A stretch of DNA of 64,000 nt from Rhodosorus marinus CCMP1338 (lineage: Eukaryota > Plantae > Rhodophyta): positions 3,410,001-3,474,000 of the forward strand of contig JAMWBK010000001.1 in assembly GCA_029953675.1 (NCBI GenBank), read 5' to 3'. Below the pieces are notes generated by a model that had not been told where the DNA came from, did no database searches, and saw only the letters and a list, made by a program, of their open reading frames with translations. Position numbers and translations under genes: made by a program. This document shows positions 47,212 through 60,269 of this stretch, in pieces (positions within the stretch are counted from its first letter, which is position 1; each line of letters opens with the position of its first letter).

Positions 47212-50200
47212 ATGTCAACCTCATTTGCGAGAAGAGATCAGCTGCTGGATATCCAGCGGCGAGCACAATCGTTGTGGGAATCGTTGAAGGTATTTGAGCT
47301 GGATGCTCCGGTTGGGGATGCTGCGGCTGTGCCCAAGTTCATCTGCAGCTTTCCGTATCCTTATATGAACGGATTTCTGCACGTGGGACATGCGTTTACC
47401 TTTTCCAAAACCGAGTTTGCTACGGGGTATGAACGTCTGAAGGGAAAGAATGCCCTATTTCCGTTCGGATTCCACTGCACCGGAATGCCCATTCAGGCAT
47501 GTGCGAACAAGCTCAAGGCTGAGCTTGAGCAATATGGAAATCCACCCAACTTTCCCGTAGAGGAAGAATCTAGTGAACGTAAGCTAAAGGCGGAGGAAAC
47601 TTTTCAATCGCGCTCTGTTTCTTTCCCACGTGCTCACGCCTCCCTCGGGTTCAAATCGATCAGATACCGCGATGAAGTCCAAGGTTGCCGCGAAGACTGG
47701 GAAAGCGAAGAGACAGTGGGATATTCTGGTGCAGAGCGGGATCAGCGAGTCGGAGATTCACAAGTTTGCCAGCGCCCTGGAATGGCTTCGTTTCTTCCCG
47801 ACAGAGGGGCTCAAGGACGTCACAGCCTTTGGCGCAAAAGTGGACTGGAGAAGAAGCTTCATCACCACGAGCGTCAACCCTTTCTATGATTCTTTCATCA
47901 GATGGCAGTTCAACCTTCTTAAGAGCATCGAAAAAGTGAAGTTTGGTCATAGGTAAGTCATTCCACGTGTGTCCTCGTCAAGGAGACCGCAACCATAAAG
48001 GCGACGACTAGAAGGGGATGAAAGTGTTGGAAAGGAGAGCAGCTTTTTTCTCCGACTAGAAGACCGCCACGTTCATGCATGGAAAAAAGTCAGCTCGCTG
48101 AAAATAACGCTTCTGGTTTCTTTAGATATACGGTCTGGTCCCCACTAGATGGACAGGCGTGTGCTGATCATGACCGAGCCAGTGGCGAAGGAGTAGGACC
48201 GCAGGAGTATACTCTGATCAAGATGAAAGTTAAAGAGCCGTTCCCTGAGGTTTTGAGCCCACTCGCCGGTAAAGAGGTACTGTCTACTGTTTCGTGGTTC
48301 GGTTTGGTCCTCTCCAAGATGTGTTTGGATCACTACGGCTTAACGCCCGTACCTTTTTTTTGGCCGTGACTAGGTATTCTTGGCGGCGGCGACTCTTCGA
48401 CCAGAGACCATGTACGGACAGACCAACTGCTGGATCCTTCCCGACGGAGACTACGGCGCGTACGAGTTAAAAAATGGCGATGTCTTCGTAATGACCGATC
48501 GAGCGGCGAGAAACATGGCCTTCCAAGAGTTCTTCCCGGAATTTGGCAAGTACTCGGCGCTCCTGACCGTCAAAGGAAAGGATCTCATCGGGCTTCCGCT
48601 CAAAGCCCCCAACGCTATCCACGACCCCATCTATGTTCTGCCCTTGACAACTGTGTCGACAACGAAAGGAACAGGGGTCGTCACTTCAGTGCCTAGCGAC
48701 GCTCCAGATGACTACAGAGGCCTTCAAGATCTGAAGGAAAAGGAGAAACTCAGGTTCGTGCGTCCCTACCAAGAAAAACGTATCAACCGCAGCCCGGCCG
48801 ACCGCATGGGGCTATCTTGCCGCCCTTGGGTGAAAAATTGTTTTTGTTGACTATGACCAGCGGAATTCAGAAACCGTAGCCGGGGGGCTACGGTTTCGAG
48901 CACCATACTCTGAACTCTGTCACTGCTTTATTTGTGAAGTGCTTGGTGCGTGGCATAGGCCAAAGCTCTTCACGACTAACACCCAGTCAGCTCCCCACCC
49001 TCACGAAACGAGAAAAGTTTTGCTAATTTTCAAAAATAATTAGATACACTGTCCAAGTTGTCCTTAGAAATATATACAAGACAATTATTAGTTTTATGAA
49101 TAGAAGGTGAATTTGAACCATGCGTTCGTAAGATGTTTAATTATTTACTCAAAATTGGTTTTTGGTTTGTGAATAGGAATGATTTTGATTTGAAAGAGGA
49201 ATGGGTAGTACCTTTCGATCCCGTGCCGATAATAGAGATTGCGGATCTTGGGAATTTGGCTGCGGTGAAGGCGTGTGAGATCTACAAAGTGAAGAGCCAG
49301 AAGGACAAGGAAGGACTGGCGAAGGCGAAGGAGGAGGTATATAAGAAGGGATTTTACGGGGGTACGATGATTATCGGGGAGTTCAGTGGCCAGTCTGTGG
49401 AGTACGCGAAGAACAGGATCAAGACGCAGATGGTGGAGAGCGGTGATGCGGTTGTTTACAACGAGACGGAGAAGGTGGTAATCTCGAGGACTGGCGATGA
49501 GTGTGTGGTCGCCTTGACGGATCAGTGGTACCTGGACTACGGCGAGGCGGAGTGGAGAGCATTGGCGGAGGAGTGCCTCGAGTCCATGGAGACGTACGCG
49601 CCAGAAACTCGGCATGGATTTGAGGGAACGCTCAAGTGGCTCCATGAATGGGCGTGCACAAGGACGTTTGGACTTGGGACCAAGCTACCTTGGGATCCGC
49701 AGTGGGTGATCGAGTCCCTTTCAGATTCAACGATTTACATGGCCTACTATACTGTCGCCCACTTGCTGCAGGGAGCTGACAACCTGGAAGGATCCAGGCC
49801 AGGCCCGCTGAACATCCAGCCCGCAGAGCTCACCGACCCGGTTTGGTCGTATATCCTGCTAGGAAAGGAGCTCACCGAGCAACAACTATCGGCGTCAGGT
49901 ATTGCCAAGGACTCCATGGAGAAGCTCAGGAACGAGTTTACGTACTGGTAAGTTCAACGCAAGCATCTAGTTTTCCCAACCAAAGAGGAGGAGGCTCACC
50001 TGTCCCTGTAATTGTGAATTAGGTACCCCCTTGACTTGAGAGTATCCGGAAAAGATCTGGTCCCAAACCATCTGACGTTCTGGATCTACAATCACGTGGC
50101 CATATTCCCACGTGAGATGTGGCCAAAGGCCGTGCGAGCCAACGGACACATTCTGATAAACGCGGAGAAGATGTCCAAGCAGACGGGTAATTTCATCACG

Positions 50201-51241
50201 CTTAGGGATGCCATCGAGCAGTACTCAGCAGATGCGGTGAGGCTCACGCTTGCGGACGCTGGAGATACCGTGGAGGATGCCAACTTTTCTACGAAGACGG
50301 TATCAGATACGGCGATCTTGAAGCTCACGACTCTGCTAGCGCTTGCGAACGAGGGCCTCGCCGTCCTTGAATCCATGCGCACCGGACCGCTGGAGCTGTT
50401 CGCAGATCGTGCGTTTGCCTCACAGCTGAATGACGCCGTGGAACGGGCCGACGCGGCATATGGGCAGATGATGTACCGCGATGCTCTGAAGGTATGTTTC
50501 TTTGAGCTTCAGTACGCACTCGGGAGCTACAGAGTGGCAGTAGGGGCAGATAAGACCCAAGCTTCTCTCTCGAAGATGCACAAGGATCTCTTCACGAGAT
50601 TCTTGGAGGCGCAAGCGATCATGCTTTCACCTATTTGTCCGCATACTTGCGAGCATATTTACGGCATGATGCATCCCGGCGAAACCATTATGAACGCCAA
50701 CTGGCCTGCTTCTGAGCCGGTTGATGAAGGGCTGCTAGAAGGCGCGAAGTACCTCGACGACGTCATGCATCGATTGCGTGTTAGCAAACAGAATCAGAAG
50801 GGTTCAAAGAGGGAGACAGACAAACCCAACGCGGTGCGTATGTATATTTGTGAGGACCTGCCGGAATGGCAGAAGATTTCCATGTCTGTCCTCAGGGAGA
50901 ACTTCGACGCCGAATCCAGGACTTTTCCGAACGATTTGGCCAAGAGAGTAACGGCGGCTATGCCAGCGGAGCTCAAGAAGAAGATGAAAAAGATCATGCC
51001 GTTTGTCGGGATGGTACGCGACGCCGCCAAGGAGCAAGGGGAACCCGCACTCGACAGGACCCTTCGGTACGACGAGAAGGAAGTTCTAACCGAGAATATG
51101 GAGTTGATCAGAGAACAGCTGGGACTTGTACAACTCAATATACGTTCTTCAACGGATACGGGAGCAGAGGACGCCACGCTCGCTGGCGATGCTCTCCCTG
51201 GGCGACCAACGTTCGCCTTTCACGTGACGGAATCCTCGTAG
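47212..51241 (+). CDS. LARS1: Leucyl-tRNA synthetase, cytosolic (eukaryote/archaeal type), 6 exons, 1058 aa
   Basis: join(47212..47578,47664..47952,48126..48276,48374..48753,49177..49947,50023..51241) = 3177 nt. [55 protein letters not shown] (CP1 editing domain), [26 protein letters not shown]. Confidence 0.97.
48870..48897. other. Perfect 12-bp stem hairpin inside LeuRS intron 4
   Basis: GAAACCGTAGCC-GGGG-GGCTACGGTTTC. Confidence 0.85.
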
Positions 51242-51654
51242 ACGAATCAGGCATCTGAAATTTGGGACTAGTCCCCTGGACGTGCAGATATGTAATCGCC
51301 GCCTGAAGAGCCCGCCGGGACGCCCGCGACCGGTGAGCAACTCGAAGATGAAAGAAAGGCAACTGTTTCATTCCCACACTACCTGAAGCACTTGGCTCCG
51401 GGCTGACTTGATGCGTACTCGAAACGAGCGCTCAACAAATTTGAATAAGGTTTCTCCTTTTTTATCCGACTTGTTGCTCATCTACAGCAACCCCTCCTTA
51501 ATGGGTTTAGTCATAAGTGCATGCGACAAACTTAAGCTCTTTTTTGAAATAAGGGATTTTTTTGGATTAAGATGATAAACAGCCATTCCCTTCCAACCAG
51601 AGCTTCAGTCCCGATCTGGAGCATCATCTGTTGGCATCGCCTTCTGTATGTAAA

Positions 51655-54600
51655 TTATGCGTTCATCCCCGCAGCAGCTGCTGCAGCGGCACGCCGCTGC
51701 TCCTTCTTCTTCTTCAACTTGTTCATTCTTACTGCAGTAAGTATGGCCGCCATGTCATCGGCGGTGCAGGCCTTCTGAATCCAAGGGTGCTGCAGTAATC
51801 GCGAAGCGGGTGCGCGCCTCGCAGCGTTCTTAACCAAGCACTGGGAGAGGAAGTCCCGGAAGTCTGCTGACCACGTCTTACCTTCCTTCAGGCGCGGGGG
51901 ATCGCTGGTGGCAATAAGATACATCGCTTTCATGGGCTTGGTATGGAGCAAGGGCGGTTCCCACTCTGCACACTCGATCGCAACGATGCCCAGACTCCAG
52001 ATGTCCACCTGAAACGTTCGTGGTATATGCGAAAAACTTGGTCAGCGGTAAGCACTTACTCTCACCCAACCGTGAGCAAAACATGCAGTTCATGACCGCG
52101 CCTACCTTGTAGTCATAGTCAGTACTCTTAATTAGTTCTGGTGCCATCCAGTACGGCGTACCAACACAGCTGTGACGCTTGGTGCGCTCGTCTGTGAGCT
52201 CAACACTGAATCCAAAATCCGCTAATTTGACGCCACCCTTGAGCGACAACAACACATTATCCGATTTAATGTCTCGGTGAAGTCGTCGGAGGGCGTGCAT
52301 ATACTCTAGCCCTTGCAAGCACTGCAGGAAAAGAGGTACAGCAAAAGGGCTCTCGTCAGCTTGCGTTATCAACGGTCCACATCAGCCGTTGCAAAACAAA
52401 GACGGTTTTACGCACCTCCCGAACTAGATAGGCAATGTGCTCTTCGTGGAAATGTACTTTTCGCTGCATCAAAAACTCCAGCACATCTGTCAACGATCCC
52501 CCGTCCATGTAGTCCATGCTGATCCAGGCCTGTCGGAGAAGGAGAATGCGAATTTTTAGCTACGACCTTCAGATTTTCTCGGATGGTCTGGACAGTGGAC
52601 TAGTTGCCCTACGCAACATTCATCAGGAAGCACCTAGCTTACCATGTTCTTCCAAAGGTAGGTCTCCCGGCACTTGATCAAGTTCGGGTGTCTGGTGCAA
52701 GCCATCATGCGAATTTCCATCTCCAACGATTCCAATTCCTGCTTGGTCTGGGGACGAACTTGCTTCAACGCTATCTTCTGCTTTTTCTTATCCGTTGCAA
52801 CGAAAACGGACCCCGAGGCGCCGTGCCCGATCTCTCTCATATCCTGCACATGGCAAGCATTGGTGGTGAGGGGACAGACAAAGAGTGAAGGACGAAAGTA
52901 CTAACAACATGGTCGATGAAGTTTCACGCAAAGGACCTGACTCGATCTAGCTGCATCTGTAATTTTCAAGTCTTGACTAAATCTCGTACCTGGAAAACTT
53001 CCTCAGGGTCGGTATTGATAAATATTGGGTCCCTGGGTGCAACTGATTCTCTGATCGTAGGGACCTTGGGCTATTCACGAAAAGCTGAAAAGTGAGAGGC
53101 CGATCTGCTCCAGTACCATTGTGACAACAGTCTCACCTCGTGCTGCTCCCTTCTTGTACGTGTTCGTGCTTCGACAGTTCCATCTCGTGGTGAATTGGTC
53201 GCTGCTGCTTGAATCTTTTCGGGCCCTCTCTGTTTCGTTTCATGTGGAATCCGATCGATTCTATTCTTCGGCTTGGGGGGAGCTCCAGCCTGGTATAAAA
53301 GGTAGGCATTCATTGCAGCGTCGGTGTTGATCTCGTCATGCTTCAGACCGCTCTTCAAGAGCTCCTCCTCCATCTCGGCGGGAAGTCCTATTGAACAATG
53401 AACGGCTTGTCATCTTCACGAAAAGGGAAGCTCAGCGGATTGCGTGCCGAGCTTTGTTCTATGGACTCACCTACGAATCCGGTTGCACTGGACAAGTCTG
53501 CTTTCACATGGACTGTGCGCTCAACGAGGACCGGTCCAGTTACCGCCGTTTTCTTCCCTCCTCTCTTGAAGGGTGCAGCGATTTTCGACATCTATTTTCA
53601 AGTTCCGGTGACGAAAAGCGGTGACTGGTGAGACATAATTTTTTCTGACGGCTTCTTCCCCGTACGGTTCCACTTACGCTCCTCGAGACTACGTCTTCCA
53701 AGTGTTCCGTTCGTGACTTCTCCGTTGGGCTGTTCGATTGCTCGATTGCCTTGGCAATCTCTTCTGGAGAAACGCCGTTCAACGCGTGTGGGGAAACTGA
53801 TGTCGGCGGCAGCGACGTATCTACCTTTGTCTGCGCAGTCGGCGACGCCTTGATGCCGCTAATTTCGTTGAAGCTCTTCGCCTGACCAACGTCCATTGAT
53901 GCTACCGCGGGCTTTGATTTTCCCATCCCCTTCCGGATTCTGGTAAAACTTTTCTCCAAATCTTTGAGTCCAGTTTTCGGGCTGGTCTGCTCTTGTTCAG
54001 GTATCGTATCGGCTGCTCTTTTCGGACTTCGTTTTTTGACTGTTCTCAACTTCAGTTGCGACTGCTGCTGAACCAATGTCGGTGTGTCCTTCCCCGCCTG
54101 ATATTGCTTCGCAGGTGAAAGGGATGAGGAGTCCGGGCTTACGAAAGATACGTCTACTTTCCCGTTGATCGTAGGCTGAGCACCACTGGGCTTTGAAGAC
54201 TGCCCATGGCCTATGTTCTCTGTCCCCATGCCCGTCGACGCTTCTTGGCCGAAGCCTTCCCTCGTGGGAATTCCCCGCCGTGCCGATGGAGCGCTTGGAG
54301 CTACTTCTCCATTTCGTGCAGAGTACTCCAAATTCTTCTTGGAGGACGATTTCTCATAGTCCCACTTCGCAGTAGGTCCCGAGGGGGCAACCGTGGCTTC
54401 TGCAGGCATGATCGGCTTCTGCAATGCGTCGTAGCGCTTCATCCTGTCCGCTATAGATGGGAATGGGACACTGTCGTCTAGGATCTTGGTCTTCTCCACA
54501 GTTCTCTCTACCGTTTGCCTGCATAACCAAAGGCAACAGTTAGTGCTGGGAAACCTTGGATAGGCCTGTTTTTTGTGCTAAATTTGTCCTCCGCGTCGGT

Positions 54601-55012
54601 CTACCGGATTTTTGAGGATGACGTACGGCGATTCTTGTTCAGGTATAATATCGCCGTTCATCGGCATATTCTCACTGTTTTCTCTTACTCGGATAGATCG
54701 CTTGTCCGTTGAAATGGAAGCCTGCTCAAAATCTTTTGCAATCGTGGATGGAGCCTGAGCATAGCCAGCCTCTTGAACTTCGCGACTAGACATCTGACGA
54801 AGCTGAGCGGGTCTGTTCAAAGAGCTCCTTGCCCTGCGAGCAAGTGCACTCCTGGAGTCCTTTCGAAAGATAAACAGCCGTCGGTCCATGATTAGCAGCA
54901 AAAATGTAGATCTGGAACTGAGGCGGTCAATCGGATGAGCAAGTCCGTCGCGAGGCCGCTTAACTTCCCGTGTAGCAAGGAGTCGTGTTGGAATGAACCA
55001 AGCCCTGTTCAA
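51655..55012 (-). CDS. PAK/STE20-family p21-activated kinase with PH-like domain, long linker, CRIB/PBD and C-terminal kinase; multi-exon, 5' exons probably extend to ~55450
   Basis: Kinase exons give EIGHGASGSVF, IALK, HRDIKSDN, DFGFS, VGTPYWMAPE and DIWSLGIVAIE. The CRIB/PBD reads VTGPVLVERTVHVKADLSSATGFV|GLPAEMEEELLKSG. A PH-like segment (RAWF...RSTFLLLIMDRRLFIF) lies at 54578-55012. Confidence 0.88.
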
Positions 55013-58000
55013 GTACTGTCCTATTTACCTGCACTGCAATGCGTACCTGATACATAGTGACAAGCGCACGAGAAATCGGTGATCAGAGTTTCCTCGTATT
55101 CTCAGGTACGCTTGTCCGTCCTCACGACGGGTAGGAGCTTCAAAGTTGGTTCCGTCTGCACTCCAGCCGCCCCACTACGAAGCCAAATTCAGAACGCACA
55201 GTTTCAATTAGCATCGAGTATCCAGACTACGCACACTCTCGTTCAGGCTGGCAACTGAAGAACTGGGAAAATCTCAAGAGAACACATTCAACGAGTCTGC
55301 GTTCTTGATCGGTCACTTCTCCTGCCCCATCTCCTCCTCAACAACCTCCTCACAGTTCAGTATTCTTCCCCAGTCCCCCTCTCCTTCCTGCCTCCCCGCA
55401 CAGGTGCTACCCGTTTTGCATCTGCCTCGGGATGGGTCCAGAAAAACTATAATCAAACAAAAGGGTCATGGCTGCCCCATGTTACCGCATTTGGCAGGGA
55501 AGCCTTACTGCACAAATACTCCCCCTCAAATACTTTGAACAACTACAAAAGTCCCCAATTCCATATCGTCGGTTAGCATTTAACGCTAGTACACAGTCCA
55601 TAACAACCCCCCCTTAACAAGATTGGTCTTCGATGCCACTGACTTAGAGGAACATTGTCCAAAAACCATGGGCCGGCAAAAAAATTCCGCGCTTCACAAA
55701 ACAAAAGCCAAATCCCTCTTTCAGAATTTCAAATAAAATTGATTAACTCAAATGTTCAAATTTTGAACCCGAACAAGCGCCCCACCTTCCACTTTTCACG
55801 TTTGCAGGATAAAATGAGTTAATCTCGGCGTTACTTTTTTGTGCAGCCTACGGGCATATCTTCTATTTGTTTTTGGAGTATCAATCCTTCAACAGATATT
55901 CAATCAAATAAAATTGTAGATCTGCTCTTGAAGGCTTCCACAGCATTATCAATCAATGTATCAATCAATAAACAGAGGAGAAATGGTACCGGGCCAGCTG
56001 TATCTCGTAGCCTGTAATTGCAGATATTAACACATAGGATAAGAGCGATGATTGGATATATACTCTTATTTTTCTAAACTTATCGATATTATAGGGATAT
56101 ATGGGCTTCTGATTCGATAGTATAGGCAAGTAAAGTTGGGAACGAGAAGATGATTGGATAAAGTCCTTAGTTGGGTTCTTATTGATTTGTCGGGAAGACT
56201 TACGAGGCCTCGCAAGGTGGTAGCTTTTGCGGGAGGGCGGGAAGAAGAATTGCAGGCTATGATCACAACGCGCCATGCCGACCAACAACTCAGTTCGGTG
56301 TGAGACGGGGACCATATTGCGGTTCTATGACGAGCTCCTACCACTTGATAAGATCTCCGAGGCTGGTGTCATCCTTCACGTCGTGATAACAAACGGCCAC
56401 AAAGTTGCGGGGCAGTCTTGCGGCACTCGGTTGGTACGTCTATTGCGAGAGCCAAATTGATCACCATTCACTGGGCGAACGGACAGGCATGTTTTTCAGC
56501 TCTTTTGGGTTTCTAACTTGCAAGCCACCCTGTCTCGGTCCTCACAGTACATATCAGACAGTCTCCACAAATCGTTGCCTTTTGCTTACAACAACAAACC
56601 ATTGCCTATAAAACAGACTTTCCTGACGTGGCCAAGAATCAATTGACGAGCTTCGCAACGGCATTGATGATCGCGAGGTGCAAGTGCAGACTAAAGTTAC
56701 CCACTGTCCCCAAAAGAGCATGCATTCTAGAATCTTTTGAGGGTGGTTTCATATGTGGTACCAAACCAAATTCGTTGCCCTTACAAGTTCAAAAGGTTCT
56801 CTTGGCGCTTGAACAACCATCCTCGTGGGCACTACATTAGCTGTAAAATATTTCAGTCAGTTCCTTCGAGACAAAAACGACGGCTAGTTATATCTGGCCT
56901 TGTATCGAATGAGTTTACTTAAAATTCGCCAACTTAGCATCTTACTCGCTCCCTCAGCCGGGGTCATGGGGTCATACTGATAGCGTGTCATTGGAATCAT
57001 CCCCCACGGCTGGGGCTAGAATCCGCAGTCTAGGTGGAGACCACGGCGACAGCTGCCTCCTTACAATTCCTGCTCATACAGGTCTAACGAGGACCGGACC
57101 TCCACCTTCTTCACCTTCTATTCCGCGACAATAACCCTGAGGGGAAGATGGATAGGCTAAACCAAAGGAAGCGGGCTCAAAGACCAAGGCCGCATTAGAA
57201 CGCCACTGCATACTGCTCAACGAAGAGAGTAAATGCGAGTCTGCGTCTCGTTGCGATCGCGAAAACAGTCCCAAACCCAGGTCGCCCCTGAGCACACGAT
57301 GAATCCAAACACCTCAATAACATGCTGAACGAACACAGCCGTCTGCAGCGTTCGTAGGGGGGCCTCCTGGTACACAACCTCCTTGTAGTGGCGCATAAAG
57401 TGAGCAGCCGCACCGCGCTGGCGAATCGTTAAAAGCCGACCTCGTCAAGACGCCCCGAGCCGTTGCCATCACTTTACGCCGCCCTAAGCAGAGCTTTTTA
57501 CTCCGAAGCGCTACCAACGCGAGGGTACCTCAATCAGCCCTCGAGCATAGCTTCGTTCCGCCTGTCGTTTAAGCGCTTTGGGTTTGTGGACAGTGCTGGA
57601 GTCCTCTGGTTAAGAAAGTCCTTTTGGGGTCAACCCCCACAACTAGGGCGCACTTCCAATTTCTCAGTCTTGTGGTGGACTTCGGCCGCCCTTATTATTG
57701 AGGCTCGTTCTTTGCGTCGAGTGCATTACTCCCTTCATGGGGGGTGCTAGCCTTGCAATAGAGTCGCCGTTGATTGAGTTTTTGCTGCGCTGTGGTAGGT
57801 AGGTAGCTCCCGAATAAAGGCTATGAGGTCACCGATACGAACATCGCCGTCGTGTCACGAAAGCTACTCGAAAGCTGCTTACAGCCAAAAATTCAAAACA
57901 ATACCTCTTTCCTTCCGAAAACAATCATTCCATGCGTTTCACAAATTGGAAAAGAAAAAACCCAACGCTTCTTAGGACAAAGAGAACAAAACAACAACAG

Positions 58001-58633
58001 TTTGATGTACGGAAAACTAAAAATATAAAACAAATTAGATCAAATATTGTAGATAGGAAAAAAAGCCGCGGAAGTTGATGTTTATTTCGACTACCAAGAA
58101 CTTGAAATAGTGAAAACAAAATCACAATAAAGTTGTTTGAAATCACGTAGTAAATTGATATGTGATTGTAATTATTCAGATAGATTGAAAAAAGATCCTT
58201 GGAATTTTCTTGAATAGTTAAACTTTTTAGTACGAAGAATTTAAAGCTTGCCTATTGGAGCAAAATGGGAGGGGAGCGGAGAAGGCTTGTACAAGGAGTT
58301 TGCCGGACAGGATTTTCGGGCATGCGGAGGCACGCGTTGGGAGGCCATTAGAATCTTGGCGAGCCGATTGGAATCGCCGATATGGCTTATGATACACCCC
58401 CTGCCAAGGGGGGTATCATCACCGTTGAAATCTGCTCCATTTCCGGTAGGCGGGGGGCCATGCGTGGCCCTTCGTAAAGCTGCCAATTGAAGATCAAAAA
58501 TTTCAGTAATTCTTCTTCTAGCCCCTGTTTTTGTGATTTTGCATGTACTTGAAACCCTGGGGTAGCGGGCCACGATCCATTCAAGGGATCATCCAAATGT
58601 GATAATGACAAAATACAGGATGGTTAAATAGTA

Positions 58634-58689
58634 GTGTTTAGCCCATATAATTTCGATATGGATAAAGTTGATTATTCTGAATGACTGAC
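58634..58689 (+). repeat. Dispersed direct repeat, copy 1 (~56 bp)
   Basis: Core ATGGATAAAGTTGATTATTCTGAATGACTGAC matches 60238-60269 at 31/32, with an upstream GTGTT.AGC.CATATAA shared. Confidence 0.85.
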
Positions 58690-59320
58690 ATTGGCCTGCA
58701 CAGTTTGGGGCATTACATGTGCAAGCCCGCTTTAAATTTATTTAGTATATTCATAAAAAATTGTCCCATTATTATGTGCTTCTATACGACTAGAGTACAA
58801 TATATCGAGGCGCATTCGTATCATCTAAATAAATTGTGAAAAAACAAATTATTGTGACAACGTTCAGTACAGAGATGGACCGGCTTCTTCAAAAGCAGCA
58901 GCTTTTCACACAAGCCTGCATCACGAGCTAATCACCTTCCCCCTTGCAACCAACCAAATCCCCCACAGCAAGCGTTAGGGCAATGATTGGGACATCAGAA
59001 TCTAGACGAACCGGTTGGAATTGCCTATATGGCTAGCTCCGTGGGGTAATAGAACATGACGCCAGTTTATTACTTGGAAACCGGCTGGTCGTTCTCCTTC
59101 TCCTTTACCGCTGCTTACCTATTGTCGATCGGAGAAGGAGTACGTTGGTGACGCCAAAATTTCGGATGTGTGCCAACGAAAAGGGGGCCTGCTGTGTTCC
59201 CATCGGATGTACTTATGTACATTCGTGGAGGCTTTTAGCTTCACCGCCGTCAACGGAACACCCCGCCCAGAAAACCGGGCTCGCCCGTTTTTCCACGACG
59301 CGGCCCCTCGGCCCGGCAAA

Positions 59321-59446
59321 GCCGGAACACAACATCGTTTCAACTAGCTTCTCCCCGTGAGGCTCCGAGGTACATCCACGTTTGCCGGAACACACCAGCG
59401 TTTCACCTAACTTCTCCCCTGCAGGCTCCGAGGTACATCCACGTTT
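59321..59446 (+). repeat. Tandem duplication, 63-bp unit x2
   Basis: GCCGGAACAC...CTTCTCCCC...AGGCTCCGAGGTACATCCACGTTT begins at 59321 and again at 59384. Confidence 0.9.
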
Positions 59447-60211
59447 GGTGATCCTCCTCTATTCACTGGAATCGGCCAATTATTATCCAAAAAAACTTTT
59501 GCATTTTAGGTACGCCTTCCCGATTCTTCTATAGGGCCCAGTGAAATTTGCAACTCCACCGCGAGTTGATAAATTATCTATAATTTATCGGGGTTTTTTC
59601 GTCGACTATCCAAACCCTCGAGTCCCCTCAAAAGACAAAGAGATACTTAACCGCTTGGACAAACCTCGTTTTTCTTAACAAAAAAGAACAGAAATCCATT
59701 TTTGTTTGTTCTGTGCTCATTACTTTCCCGCCACGTGTCAATAGGAATCAACTAATTTTTTAAATTAGTGTAAAAATTAAAAATTAGTAAAAATGATGTT
59801 TTTATTCTAATATATTGAGCCTCTAATTATTTTTAAAAACATACTGTTTGATTTGAAAAAAGTTACGAATTTCTACGAGACTCACTGAGCAAAAAATGCA
59901 GAGATCATTCATTTTTTGGCCCACCTTTTGGAATACATCTCGATTCCCACGAAACGGGGGCGGGAATAGGGTATGGACCAGACGTTAAAAACGCAAGAAT
60001 TAAAAGGTAACGCGCGGTGCAGGAAGAGAAGGTGCGCTCAAACGCCGCGGAAGTGGGAATGTTGGTTTTTTAAAAGGAAAAATACAGTTTCCATACGATA
60101 GTGTCAGCCAAAAACCCACCCCTGGATTTCAAAAAAGAGACCAAAAAGGTGGGTCCAAGACAATCGTCGGCTAAGCAACCCCGCTCGGGGGGGTTTAAGT
60201 GTGGCAAAGTC

Positions 60212-60269
60212 GTGTTGAGCTCATATAAACTAGAAACATGGATAAAGTTGATTCTTCTGAATGACTGAC
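60212..60269 (+). repeat. Dispersed direct repeat, copy 2 (~58 bp)
   Basis: Partner of 58634-58689, 1580 bp downstream. Confidence 0.85.

Noticed and set aside
48850-48915. SECIS element (ATGA...AAA...GA)
   Set aside because: The stem following ATGA has no complementary 3' arm, and the site is intronic rather than in a 3'UTR.
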